This document shows positions 1-9,572 of a DNA stretch of 27,270 nucleotides, piece by piece (position 1 is the stretch's first letter; every line of letters starts with the position of its first letter). The notes under the pieces were generated by a model. That model was not told where the DNA came from. It did not search any database and worked only from the letters and a program-made list of their open reading frames with translations. This stretch comes from a virus (lineage: Duplodnaviria; Caudoviricetes), in the IMG/VR virus record IMGVR_UViG_3300017766_001536, positions 1 to 27,270 of that record, one strand, 5' to 3'. A program made the position numbers and the translations under genes.

Positions 1-1
1 C

Positions 2-3000
2 GCAGCGGAAGGTAAAGCATCTAAGCCGTTTAGAGCAGTTACTGTGCAGAAGGAGTCAGAGACTGATGAAGAATTCGCTGCTCGCCAACAAGAGGCGCTC
101 GATAAATATAAAGCTAGATTGGAAGAAGGCACTGGTGTTCAGGGGTTGCTTAATTTCTTCCGTAACCCAAATCAGTCGGCGTACACAAATACGTTAGCTA
201 CGGCTATAACACAGGCGTTACGCCGTCGTGGGGCTAAGCAGCCTAAACTAGCGTGGATTGAGGACGGAGATACCACTACTAATCCTGCATACATTCCTGC
301 AACAGATACTGTTTTAGTGCATAGGACCGCCTCTGCTGAAGAGACCTTGCATGAGACGCTTCATGCTGCGCTACAGTGGTTAGTACACTCCAATCCTAAA
401 CTTGCAGAAGTTCAGCGCTTAACTAAAGCCCTAGACAGAGTATTAGCGGTAAACATAGATTCCACTAGCCTAAGCAACGCACAGAAAGAAAAGGCCAAGG
501 AAGTAGTTGCAGTACTTAGCAAAATAGTTAATCGCACTAAGAATAAGAGCACCGCTAAGTTAGACGCAGTGCTAGAACTTATGTCTTATGGAACTACCTT
601 GGCAGACTTTAAAGCTCTGCTAAAAGGCATGCCTAGTACTAACGATGCAGCTACACGCTCATGGCGTACTGCAGTAACTGACCTGTGGAATAACATAGTT
701 TCATTGGCGCAAAGCCTTCTTGGTGTTAGAAACACGCTTGCCAACGACGTGCTTGAGAATACTATTTCTCTGCTAAACAAAGCTGCTACGGCAGAAGTTC
801 TACCTACTAAACGTACTGGCAATATTCTTGAATCCGCGCTTAACACCGCCACGGCTGCGTTTAAGAACTGGTTTGGTAATTCCGTCGTGCGCAACAAAGA
901 TGGTTCGCCTAAAGTTATGTACCACGGCACTGCGCAGGACATAACGGCTTTCCGCCCTAAACAAGCTGGAGCTATCTTTGTAACCGATGACCCAAGAGTA
1001 GCGGAAGCATTTTCCCGTTCATCTGAATCGTGGATGGTGGAAAATTTAGATAAAGTACTTAGCCCAGATGAAGTAACTGCCCTTAAAAAAGAAGCCGCTG
1101 TTATCGCAAAAAAGACAGCCAAAGAATCGGGTGGCGTAGCAGAAGACTACGAAGAAGGTGAATTTATACGTTTGGCTATGGACAAAATGCCTTCCTATGC
1201 CAACATCATCCCGGTGTACGTCAGCGCACAAAAACCATTTGATTTTGAAAACCCAAAACATATTGCGGAACTCTCTAAGCAAATATCGCTTATGGGGGAA
1301 GATCGTGCAGATGTAATGCGTGGTAGCTGGAGTGCTATTGAGTCTAAACGTATCCAAGACGCTATTAAAGCTGCTGGCTTTGATGGGTTTTACGTTGTGG
1401 AAGGTGGGCGTAAGAACCTCGCCGTGTACGAGTCGTCGCAGATTAAGTCCGTATTTAACCGAGGTACTTATGGTAAAGATACTGGCAATATCTTAGAAGC
1501 GGCAGTTACGTCGAACAAGGCTATGTCACAAGCTGCTGGTATTCCAGCACAGGACTTCCGTACATTCAGTGAAGGTATTGCGCCTGCTGCGTTGAGCACT
1601 AGATTCTTGTTCGATGCGTTTGGTTGGGGCAAGCTGGCCAATAAGATTATTGAGAGTTCTGGCAAGATTTCTACGGAGATTCGCAAAAACTTCCCTGCTA
1701 CTGAGCGTACTCTGATCTACATTAACTCTAGATTCAGTGCTGGCGAGGCAACGAGTAAAGAAATTGAGAACTTCAAAGTCAATAAGAGCGTCGGCTATCA
1801 GCAGATGGAACGCCTTGCCAACTTCGTTGCTAACCGACCCGGTACAGATGTCCTGTCTCTGTTTAAGTACATGGATGGTGACAAGACTGCTCTCGACGGC
1901 GTTAAGAACAAAGAAATTCTATCCCGTGCGGCAGACAATGTTCGCAACTGGTTCGATACCTACGTCAAGGAACTGCCAGAAGCTGACCAGAAGTTCTTTA
2001 ACCAGCCGTTCTCCAAGTCGTTATTGTTTGCCAGCAACCGTGATCAAGTAGCTTCCAATACGTTTGGTATGCGTGGGCTAGGCAAAGTCATGGGTTTGCA
2101 GCACAAGTACGAAGAGACGCTCGATGGCTTTAAGCAGTGGATTGCAAAAGACCAGAAAGGCGGCTTAGATTTAGAAGGTCGCTTCTACCAAATATATAAG
2201 AACGATCCTATTATTTCGAATACCCCACAACTACAAGGCTACATGTCTATCAGTGAGTTCGAGAAACTTGGCAAAGTTGCTCCTACCGGCTACGTCGTTG
2301 ATGCTACTCGTGAGTGGTGGCTGTCGCAGTATGAGAATGATAAGAAGTACAAGTTCACGTCAAGTATGACGGCTAGGCAAGCCATCGCAGAAGACAAAGC
2401 AGATGAGTTAGCTAACGCTATGCGTAATACCATGGCTGCACTGGCTAATAACTATGCCAGCAAGGTCTTCTCTACTGCTATATCTAAGATTGGTTACGAC
2501 GCGAACGGTAAGCCTACCGCTTTGTCGGTAGCGTTTGATAGCTTGGATGCCATTAACAACACATTCAGCCGAAAAGTACGTGACGAAATAGCAGTACTAA
2601 AAGTTTCCTCCAACGAAGCCAGAACACCACAGATCACGTCTATGTATCGCCGCACGGGTACATGGGTTAAGTTGTCCGACGACAAGGCTATCTACGGCGA
2701 CTTAGCTGGTAAGTACGTATCTGGTCCAGTGTGGAGTGCCATTACAGATGCGTCTGACAGACAACCACTTATACCACTTCAAGCCGTTAACAATGGTATG
2801 CGCTGGTTTAAGAAGGCTAAGACTATCTACAACCCCGCCACACACGTTACCAACGTCGCGTCCAATATAACGCTGGCCATGATGCACGATATCCCGATGG
2901 CAACACTGGGTAAGGCAGCTCTTATACTCGCTCAATACGAATTAGCACCTAGCAAACTTACTGAAACTGAACTCGACATGATGTCGTCGTTCATGAACTC

Positions 3001-4219
3001 CGGTGCCATGTTGGGTGACTTCTCAAGTTCTGAAGTTAAGCGCGCACTGAATGAAGCATGGGCTAAGAATATGGCCATGGAAAATGATGTGTCTCTGCTG
3101 CAGCGTTTGGCTTCGTTCGTTAATTACGAGAAATCTAAGGCTCAGGAACTCGTTAGAATTGCTGCTAAGGTTGGTACTACACTTGATAAAATCGGTACGG
3201 AAACCTACGCCGCTGAAGATAATATTTTCCGCTTAGCTGCTTTCTTAAAGAAGGCTGGTGACTTACAACGGTTAGACAATACAAAGACAGCTACGCCTGA
3301 GCAGATGCGTGCTGCTGGTGACTTTGCTCGTAAAGCCTTTCTAGACTACGACATCGACTCTAAAGCGGTGCGTATTGCACGGCAGTCAGTTATCCCGTTC
3401 GTATCTTGGGGATACGCCGTATCCCCTGTGCTTGGCCGCATCGCCCTACATCAGCCATGGAAGATCGCTAACATATTGATGGCTTACTACCTGCTCGACG
3501 CTGGTATGGCAGCTATGGCTGGCGACGATGATGAAGAAACACGCAAGGCTCTTCCAGAAACTGTACGAGAGCGCATGTTCTTCGGTAGATTTGGTCCTAA
3601 TATGCACATCCGTATCCCGTTCATGGGCGACGCAGATAACCCTGTGTACTACAAGCTGGGTGACTATGTACCGTTTGCATCGATGACTAAGGGATTGCCT
3701 AATGGCGCGTTTGGTCAGAACTGGATTCCTAGTATCGTTACGCCAAGTGGACCATTTGTATCTGCCATTGCTGGATTTGTAGCTGGTGTTGATCCGTATA
3801 CAGGCAAATCTTTGTATAAGCCTACGGACACACAGTGGGATAAGCTATTAAAAAGTGCAGAGTTCGGATACGATATCGTTGCGCCTCCGATGGTAAATAG
3901 CAAAAACTTATCGAAAGCTAAAGAGATTGCCTCTGGGGATAACCTTAGCATCACTGGCGCAGAACCTAGCAACGCCGTATTTGCTCGTATGTTAGGACTG
4001 AAGATATACGACTACAACGTGCAGGAGTCGTTAGCTATACAAGATAAGATGGAGAAGAGTATCGAGCGTGACTTCAAGGCTGCAATGAACAAGGCTAAGA
4101 AGGAAGAAGATAAACGTGGGTATCCTGACTATGAGGAACTTGACGAGACGCTGGAAGACCTACAAGAACGCATGGAAGAACGGGTTGCAAGACTCCGTGG
4201 TGAAGAGGAGGAAGATTGA
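2..4219 (+). CDS. 5'-truncated large phage polyvalent / internal virion (ejection) protein with HExxH metallopeptidase-like motif, ART-PolyVal-like ADP-ribosyltransferase domain and LPD38-like C-terminal region
   Basis: The frame is open from position 2, so the true start lies upstream of the window. Motifs: LHETLH; AFKNWFGNSVVRNKDGSPKVMYHGT...IFVTDD...IPVYV...GFDG...AVYESSQIKS (typical of ART domains in polyvalent proteins); C-terminal VDPYTGK and LGLKIYDY resemble podovirus internal proteins. Confidence 0.75.
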   Translation, partial: AAEGKASKPFRAVTVQKESETDEEFAARQQEALDKYKARLEEGTGVQGLLNFFRNPNQSAYTNTLATAITQALRRRGAKQPKLAWIEDGDTTTNPAYIPATDTVLVHRTASAEETLHETLHAALQWLVHSNPKLAEVQRLTKALDRVLAVNIDSTSLSNAQKEKAKEVVAVLSKIVNRTKNKSTAKLDAVLELMSYGTTLADFKALLKGMPSTNDAATRSWRTAVTDLWNNIVSLAQSLLGVRNTLANDVLENTISLLNKAATAEVLPTKRTGNILESALNTATAAFKNWFGNSVVRNKDGSPKVMYHGTAQDITAFRPKQAGAIFVTDDPRVAEAFSRSSESWMVENLDKVLSPDEVTALKKEAAVIAKKTAKESGGVAEDYEEGEFIRLAMDKMPSYANIIPVYVSAQKPFDFENPKHIAELSKQISLMGEDRADVMRGSWSAIESKRIQDAIKAAGFDGFYVVEGGRKNLAVYESSQIKSVFNRGTYGKDTGNILEAAVTSNKAMSQAAGIPAQDFRTFSEGIAPAALSTRFLFDAFGWGKLANKIIESSGKISTEIRKNFPATERTLIYINSRFSAGEATSKEIENFKVNKSVGYQQMERLANFVANRPGTDVLSLFKYMDGDKTALDGVKNKEILSRAADNVRNWFDTYVKELPEADQKFFNQPFSKSLLFASNRDQVASNTFGMRGLGKVMGLQHKYEETLDGFKQWIAKDQKGGLDLEGRFYQIYKNDPIISNTPQLQGYMSISEFEKLGKVAPTGYVVDATREWWLSQYENDKKYKFTSSMTARQAIAEDKADELANAMRNTMAALANNYASKVFSTAISKIGYDANGKPTALSVAFDSLDAINNTFSRKVRDEIAVLKVSSNEARTPQITSMYRRTGTWVKLSDDKAIYGDLAGKYVSGPVWSAITDASDRQPLIPLQAVNNGMRWFKKAKTIYNPATHVTNVASNITLAMMHDIPMATLGKAALILAQYELAPSKLTETELDMMSSFMNSGAMLGDFSSSEVKRALNEAWAKNMAMENDVSLLQRLASFVNYEKSKAQELVRIAAKVGTTLDKIGTETYAAEDNIFRLAAFLKKAGDLQRLDNTKTATPEQMRAAGDFARKAFLDYDIDSKAVRIARQSVIPFVSWGYAVSPVLGRIALHQPWKIANILMAYYLLDAGMAAMAGDDDEETRKALPETVRERMFFGRFGPNMHIRIPFMGDADNPVYYKLGDYVPFASMTKGLPNGAFGQNWIPSIVTPSGPFVSAIAGFVAGVDPYTGKSLYKPTDTQWDKLLKSAEFGYDIVAPPMVNSKNLSKAKEIASGDNLSITGAEPSNAVFARMLGLKIYDYNVQESLAIQDKMEKSIERDFKAAMNKAKKEEDKRGYPDYEELDETLEDLQERMEERVARLRGEEEED

Positions 4220-4473
4220 TGGCTAAGTCCCCAGCATGGCAACGTAAGGAAGGCAAAGACCCCGAGGGGGGTCTTAACGCCAAGGGTCGCGCAGCGTACA
4301 ATAAGGCTAACCCCGGTAAGCCCGGACTCAAGGCACCACAGCCTGAAGGTGGCCCACGTAGAGATTCCTTCTGTGCACGTATGGAAGGTATGAAGAAGAA
4401 ACTGACCAGTGCTAAGACAGCAAAGGACCCAGATTCTCGCATCAACAAGAGCCTTCGGGCGTGGAAATGTTAA
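4219..4473 (+). CDS. Small basic conserved phage protein (DUF6321-like)
   Basis: ATG overlaps the upstream stop (TGATG) after GAGGAGG. MAKSPAWQRKEGK..GGLN..RRDSFCARM..SRINKSLRAWKC matches a recognisable phage family. Confidence 0.7.
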   Translation: MAKSPAWQRKEGKDPEGGLNAKGRAAYNKANPGKPGLKAPQPEGGPRRDSFCARMEGMKKKLTSAKTAKDPDSRINKSLRAWKC

Positions 4474-4487
4474 CTTAGGAGATTGTT

Positions 4488-4667
4488 ATGATGAAAAAAG
4501 GTATGCCCGTCCGTGGTTCACGTACAGCCACATCGAAGTCAAAAGCTATGCCGTTTGGTAAGCCAGAAACAAAGGCTAACGAAGCTAAAGAAATGAAGAT
4601 GGTCGGTGGTAATAAAGCCGCTTATGCTCGCATGGAGAAGAAGATGGAAGGCAAGAAGTATAAGTAA
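4488..4667 (+). CDS. Small Lys/Met-rich hypothetical protein (59 aa, not in ORF track)
   Basis: RBS AGGAG, ATG at 4488, MMKKGMPVRGSRTATSKSKAMPFGKPETK...EGKKYK, TAA at 4665-4667 abutting the stop of the convergent HNH gene. Confidence 0.75.
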   Translation: MMKKGMPVRGSRTATSKSKAMPFGKPETKANEAKEMKMVGGNKAAYARMEKKMEGKKYK

Positions 4668-4919
4668 CTACTTCATACCTGCACGTTTCGTGCGTGGGAA
4701 CGATCTATTCGCGGAGGCGGTAACTGCACGAAGGTTGCCCCCTCCATTCCCACCTCCCTTGACGATTGGCTGCTTGTGGTCAACGTCCTTGCCGTCTCCC
4801 TTAGAAACTACGCCCTTACGCTCCATGTCCCGACGGGCTGCGTTACGCTTGGCGCGGTTCTTCTTCTGCTCCTCCGTGCCTTGGTAGTTAGCGTACTCAG
4901 CCTTGTAATCTCGTGCCAT
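4668..4919 (-). CDS. Small HNH endonuclease-like protein
   Basis: DVDHKQPIVKGGGN...NLRAVTASANR (H-N-N type motif) with RBS AGGAG upstream. Confidence 0.75.
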   Translation of the reverse strand: MARDYKAEYANYQGTEEQKKNRAKRNAARRDMERKGVVSKGDGKDVDHKQPIVKGGGNGGGNLRAVTASANRSFPRTKRAGMK

Positions 4920-4928
4920 ACCATTCTC

Positions 4929-7889
4929 CTAGTTAGTTCCACCCTGCAACACCGCCAGCGCCACAGGACTTTGCAGCCGTGCAGTCGTACTCGTCAGCGT
5001 CTCGATAAACCTAGGGTGATTAATATTTACTATGATGCAATGCGCTTGCCCCGGATTACGGTTCTGGCATCCTTTAAATATAGTAACCCGTTCCCGTGGT
5101 GCAATCAAGCCACCCTTAGCTTCTAGTTCCTTGACGATACGGTCAGAGCTGTCCTTAGTTTTGTTCAGCCACTTCTTGAACGTCTGCAGGTTAATAGCCA
5201 ACTGGCTACCCGGCATCACAGGGTTATTGCTATCGTAAACGACCTTGAGTCTGGCAACAGCCCGTTCTGGTGCTGGAATGTGTACCTGCTCTTTCGACGT
5301 GCCATACACCTCAGTGACTTCGATTAGCTGATCATTGTGCTCTTGCAGGAACTGGCCAACAACGTCGAATACGTCCTGCTTATTGAACACAGTATCGTTC
5401 CTAAATTTCCTGACGTGCTCAATTAAGTACTGGGTTGTAGCATCGACATCAAACGGAAACAGGCCGAGCTTCTTACCGATCTTGCCCATCGTCCATGCAC
5501 TGATAATACCTGTGCGGTAGAAACGCTCTTGCGGCTCGAAGATGAAACCAAACTTCTCGAAGAACGCTTTCTCGCCCTTCTCCCATACAACTTTCGGCCC
5601 ACCCATGGCGATGACTGCTTCCACCAACTCAGGAAACGCCCACCCGTTATTGTTGGCAATCATGTCGAAGAACTTGTACCCATTGCTGGAACCTGTTTCA
5701 TCGGTAGTAATGAATATCCTATCGTCGTGCGGCAACTCTAGCGTACGTGCCTTGAGCGGGTCGTTATTTGTCTGCACGTTCTCAAACTTCTGGTGCATAG
5801 AGAAGTTCGATGTAATCATCGTAGGTGCAGCCCATGTAACCGGCTCACGCAACTCACGGTCTTTAGTCATCGCAATCTTCTCACGACCTTGACTCAGGTC
5901 ATACGCCAAGTCAGCAGCATCCTGATCTAGCATCGTAGTAAGCTCGTCGATTGTGCACGGCAAACTATTCAGTACCCCACGTATCTTGTACAACGAATTG
6001 GCTGTATCGTTCTTCGACATCAACAATATCTTAGGCGTACCAATCAAGCTGTTCGCAGCAAGCAACGCGAGTGTCTTACCCGTCGTAGTCTCTGGCGAGT
6101 AGATCGATACAACCATCGTAGAGTTACCTGCAACCTCACCAATGATACCGACTGTGCCTAGCAATACACCTGCACGAATAGTCTGCGTACCCGGAAGGTT
6201 TAGCATCTCCATCGCCTCAACCCACTCTGCACGTGTACCGTGTTCCTTAATGATGTTGGAGAAACGCCCTGCTGGTCCACGCAGACGACGATCGGTACTG
6301 CCTGTAGGTGAGCCTAATACTTTCTCGCCGCATAAGAACGAGCCGTCTGGTTGCCAACCAAACGCAACATAATCTAATCCCGTGGGAGTAAGGCTTTGTA
6401 CTGATGTTAAATAGTCCATTAAGTAACCTCGTAGTTTTTCTTGGTGTCCACCGCCCTTCACGCTATACACCTGTCTGTTCAACATAAACGCAGAGAAGTC
6501 TCTGCCGATCGAAGCCAGCACTGCTATCTCATGATCTTCCTCTTGCCAGCCAGTAAGCGGATACTTAATCGCTAAGCGGAATGTAGACTTAGTAGATACG
6601 TTATCTTTATAAATACCCGTGATGTGCATTGGGTACGGCGAGATCAAATCCCACTCTGTGCTTTCTACCTGTACAGCCGCGCCATTAGCATCAACACCGT
6701 CAATTGTGATCTTGATCTCTTTATAAATCTTTCCGTCTTTCTCAACGTATGGGTGTGGCAGTGTGATCTCAACCTCTTCGCCTGAATCCACAACGACAGT
6801 CGAAGTAGTGCTTGATGATAGTTGTGCAGGACTTGTAAGCTTTCCATAGTGAGGACATCCTTCGCAACCTTTGGCGCTTACTTGTTCAAATTTCTTGCAG
6901 GTAGTCGGAGGATAATCCTTCCACCCGTCAATCTTATCCATGCTTGTTTGCAGGTCAAAGTCAGGATGTTTCCCTGCCAGCATGATCACTGCAGCCTTTA
7001 CATCGGTGGCGTGTGCCGCCATACCCATACCTAGCCGCCACATCGGTTCCTTTATGAGATTACCCGCTGCGTCCGTCACTCCGCCAGAGAGTAGCATTGC
7101 TTTTATTTGCCCACAGTGTTGTGCAACGACTTCTATGTTCACTGTGTTCGAGTTCAGCACTGCTGCCAGTATCGACGATTTTGGTCTTGTCCCTCGCTGC
7201 GGTGACGAGCTTTTTGTTGCCTTTGCGAACCATGGCTTGAGTATAGTAAAAAGCTGTATCGGATCGTAATCGGGGCAGTCCTTTATACATTTAACTTCCT
7301 TCCATGGTTTTTGTTTTTTGTGGTGGGTACCGACGGGGCGTAGCACCATCGATGGGTCGTGAATCTTTGTCGTGTCAATCTGTACGTTATTCTTCTCTAA
7401 CGCTACTCGTAGTGCTGTCGATACTCTTACCCAATGCTCTTTGCTGATAGCTTCGGTTAGTGGCCAATATAAATGGATGCCGTTGCCCGATGAAATAACC
7501 ATTGGTGCTGGCATGCCAATCGCATTAAGAGCCGCTGACATAACAGTCCAACCTTCCTTCTGTGTTGCGTACGGCTTGTCTGCACCGATATCGAGATCAA
7601 GCGCGAGTGTCTTGAAGGTCTTTGCGTGTTCCTGTGTTCTAAACCATTTCTGTCGTCCATTAGCTGTGTGTGCATGGTTTGCAAATGATCCAATAGTGAA
7701 GTAAATAGTTGTGTCGTTCTCTTTATCCCATTGACTAATGTCAGCTACAGCTAGATCGAGATCGGTGTATGAGCCACGATTCCAAAAGAACCCACGCGGA
7801 TTCTTCCCTGATGGGTCAGGCTTGTGCGTACATATAACCAACTCATTTTGCTGGGCGAATACACGAGTAAGAAAGTTTTTAGTATCCAA
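4929..7889 (-). CDS. Primase-helicase: N-terminal AEP/RepB-like primase, Cys cluster, DUF927 and P-loop helicase
   Basis: ALDLD and SSGNGIHLYW primase motifs; C..CEGCPH; FGWQ..GSF (DUF927); Walker A ETTTGKT; Walker B TIDE. TTG start with AGGGG RBS. Confidence 0.8.
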   Translation of the reverse strand: MDTKNFLTRVFAQQNELVICTHKPDPSGKNPRGFFWNRGSYTDLDLAVADISQWDKENDTTIYFTIGSFANHAHTANGRQKWFRTQEHAKTFKTLALDLDIGADKPYATQKEGWTVMSAALNAIGMPAPMVISSGNGIHLYWPLTEAISKEHWVRVSTALRVALEKNNVQIDTTKIHDPSMVLRPVGTHHKKQKPWKEVKCIKDCPDYDPIQLFTILKPWFAKATKSSSPQRGTRPKSSILAAVLNSNTVNIEVVAQHCGQIKAMLLSGGVTDAAGNLIKEPMWRLGMGMAAHATDVKAAVIMLAGKHPDFDLQTSMDKIDGWKDYPPTTCKKFEQVSAKGCEGCPHYGKLTSPAQLSSSTTSTVVVDSGEEVEITLPHPYVEKDGKIYKEIKITIDGVDANGAAVQVESTEWDLISPYPMHITGIYKDNVSTKSTFRLAIKYPLTGWQEEDHEIAVLASIGRDFSAFMLNRQVYSVKGGGHQEKLRGYLMDYLTSVQSLTPTGLDYVAFGWQPDGSFLCGEKVLGSPTGSTDRRLRGPAGRFSNIIKEHGTRAEWVEAMEMLNLPGTQTIRAGVLLGTVGIIGEVAGNSTMVVSIYSPETTTGKTLALLAANSLIGTPKILLMSKNDTANSLYKIRGVLNSLPCTIDELTTMLDQDAADLAYDLSQGREKIAMTKDRELREPVTWAAPTMITSNFSMHQKFENVQTNNDPLKARTLELPHDDRIFITTDETGSSNGYKFFDMIANNNGWAFPELVEAVIAMGGPKVVWEKGEKAFFEKFGFIFEPQERFYRTGIISAWTMGKIGKKLGLFPFDVDATTQYLIEHVRKFRNDTVFNKQDVFDVVGQFLQEHNDQLIEVTEVYGTSKEQVHIPAPERAVARLKVVYDSNNPVMPGSQLAINLQTFKKWLNKTKDSSDRIVKELEAKGGLIAPRERVTIFKGCQNRNPGQAHCIIVNINHPRFIETLTSTTARLQSPVALAVLQGGTN

Positions 7890-7906
7890 TTTATTGCCCC
7901 TAGATG

Positions 7907-7929
7907 AAAAACCCCCGCCGTAGCGGGGG
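7907..7929 (-). terminator. Rho-independent terminator between the SSB-like gene and the primase gene
   Basis: Minus strand reads CCCCCGC-TACG-GCGGGGG-TTTTT: 7-bp GC stem, cUACGg tetraloop, U-tract. Confidence 0.85.
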
Positions 7930-7949
7930 ACGCGATAAGAGCTATTCTA

Positions 7950-8858
7950 TTACTCGTCGAAGAGACTGTCGAGCTTTGCTGCAAGTTCGTCAGACGCTTT
8001 TACCGGAGAGACAACAGGCTTAGCTTGCTTCGCTGTTGCAGCTGCTTGGATAGGTGCAGCCTCTTCTTCATACGCATCATCAACCACAGGAGCAGGGGCA
8101 GGTGTAGGTGCGTTGATCGCCGTTGCTTTTTGCGGTGCAGCAAGAGACGCCATGGCACTCTGTGGTGCTAAAACACGAGTTGCGACTTTAACACTGTCGC
8201 TCTCTAACAACACATCAACACGTTGCATTGCCTTTTCAGGAACGTAACCTTTTTGCTTAAATGTGATCTTCGGAAAGCTGGCTGAGTCATCAAAACCCAA
8301 CTCAGTAATCGCTTCTTCTGGACCAACACCGTAGTTACCTAGTTCCTTAAAGTACTCGCGCAGTGCCTTCATACCCGAGACCGGCACCGTCAGGCTATAG
8401 ACTTTTGTAGGGTCAGCTGCGGGTACTACTGCCAGATGGCGTTGGTCTGCACACATCTTCGACTTGGCACCTGATGGGAGAATCTTGGAACCGAGTACGT
8501 TGTTAGGGCAGTCAGCGCAACCTGTGTGTACTGGCTTATCGATAGATACATCGGCTTTTATACCGTCGTTAGACCAGCAATCAGGACGCACGTCAGAGGC
8601 TGACGCATCGAACGCCTTGCCATAGAACACTTTAGATACGCGTGGATTTGCACCGACGATAATCGTGTCCAGTGTCACACCAACAGTTGTCTCTACGCCA
8701 TCTTCGTTCAGGCGATAACGACCTGCACGGATACTAATACGGGGGATATTAAATCCCTCGCTGACGACTGCTGACGCTACTGTTGATTTTGTACCCGATT
8801 GCTGACGTGCTGCAATACGGGCGGCAATGTGTGCTGGGACTGTAGTTACATTGGTCAT
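7950..8858 (-). CDS. Putative ssDNA-binding / annealing protein
   Basis: Located in the replication block. CWS..CADC..C motif, Ala/Pro-rich linker and acidic-aromatic tail (LDSLFDE) typical of phage SSBs. Followed by a terminator. Confidence 0.5.
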   Translation of the reverse strand: MTNVTTVPAHIAARIAARQQSGTKSTVASAVVSEGFNIPRISIRAGRYRLNEDGVETTVGVTLDTIIVGANPRVSKVFYGKAFDASASDVRPDCWSNDGIKADVSIDKPVHTGCADCPNNVLGSKILPSGAKSKMCADQRHLAVVPAADPTKVYSLTVPVSGMKALREYFKELGNYGVGPEEAITELGFDDSASFPKITFKQKGYVPEKAMQRVDVLLESDSVKVATRVLAPQSAMASLAAPQKATAINAPTPAPAPVVDDAYEEEAAPIQAAATAKQAKPVVSPVKASDELAAKLDSLFDE

Positions 8859-8867
8859 AATTTTTCC

Positions 8868-9152
8868 TTAGTTACCATTTTTAAATAATTCTTCAGCTAA
8901 GAGGTATCCCTCTAGCGGCCAAAGTTTGTCGATCGCATTTTCATACGAGTACTTCTCACCAAGCGCTTGATTGAATTTAAGTGGATCAACACACGCACTT
9001 GTTCCTACAACTACATAACCATTCTCCATAGACAGTTGACAGATAGTGGTAGTGGTATCCGGTATCACATAGTATTGGGTCTTTACGACCTTCTTCATCA
9101 TGTCTGGCAACGACACGGTATTACGACGTTGTATGGTGTTTACCTGATTCAT
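8868..9152 (-). CDS. N4 Gp49 / Sf6 gp66 family protein
   Basis: TICQL.MENGYVVVGTSACVDP.KFNQ.LGEKY..ENA.DKLWPLEGYLL. Confidence 0.85.
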   Translation of the reverse strand: MNQVNTIQRRNTVSLPDMMKKVVKTQYYVIPDTTTTICQLSMENGYVVVGTSACVDPLKFNQALGEKYSYENAIDKLWPLEGYLLAEELFKNGN

Positions 9153-9547
9153 TACGGTTCCTTCGTTTGTGATTTACGGAAGTTAAATACTTTGGCAGAC
9201 GCGAAGTTAATGCCCGGTGGTGGCGCACCCTTAGCCTCGATGAAACTCTTTACGCCTGTCTTTGATGCACGAGCCTCGACCATATCCCATGTGTCGTTTT
9301 CTTTGCAGTACGCAAAAAAATCTTCCCGCGATGCGACTGTCGCTGTGTGGTGCGTAGACCAGTAACCTGTACCTGCGCTTGTCTTGATTGTACTAAGCCC
9401 ATCTTCCTGTGCTTTAGCAGTAAACCAATTTTCCAGTGTGACTAATTTTTGTACTAGCTCTGCTTTACGTTCTTTATGTTCTCGTTCCATCGTGTCTATA
9501 GCGTTGCGTGTTTCTATGTACTTTGCTGCTGCCATCTCGTAATTCAT
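9152..9547 (-). CDS. Conserved phage hypothetical protein (coiled-coil N-terminus)
   Basis: Coupled to the next gene, RBS GGGGAG. KTSAGT...PPPGIN motif is common in genes next to phage SSB/helicase genes. Confidence 0.7.
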   Translation of the reverse strand: MNYEMAAAKYIETRNAIDTMEREHKERKAELVQKLVTLENWFTAKAQEDGLSTIKTSAGTGYWSTHHTATVASREDFFAYCKENDTWDMVEARASKTGVKSFIEAKGAPPPGINFASAKVFNFRKSQTKEP

Positions 9548-9572
9548 ATCACTCCCCTATTTAACTGTTGAA

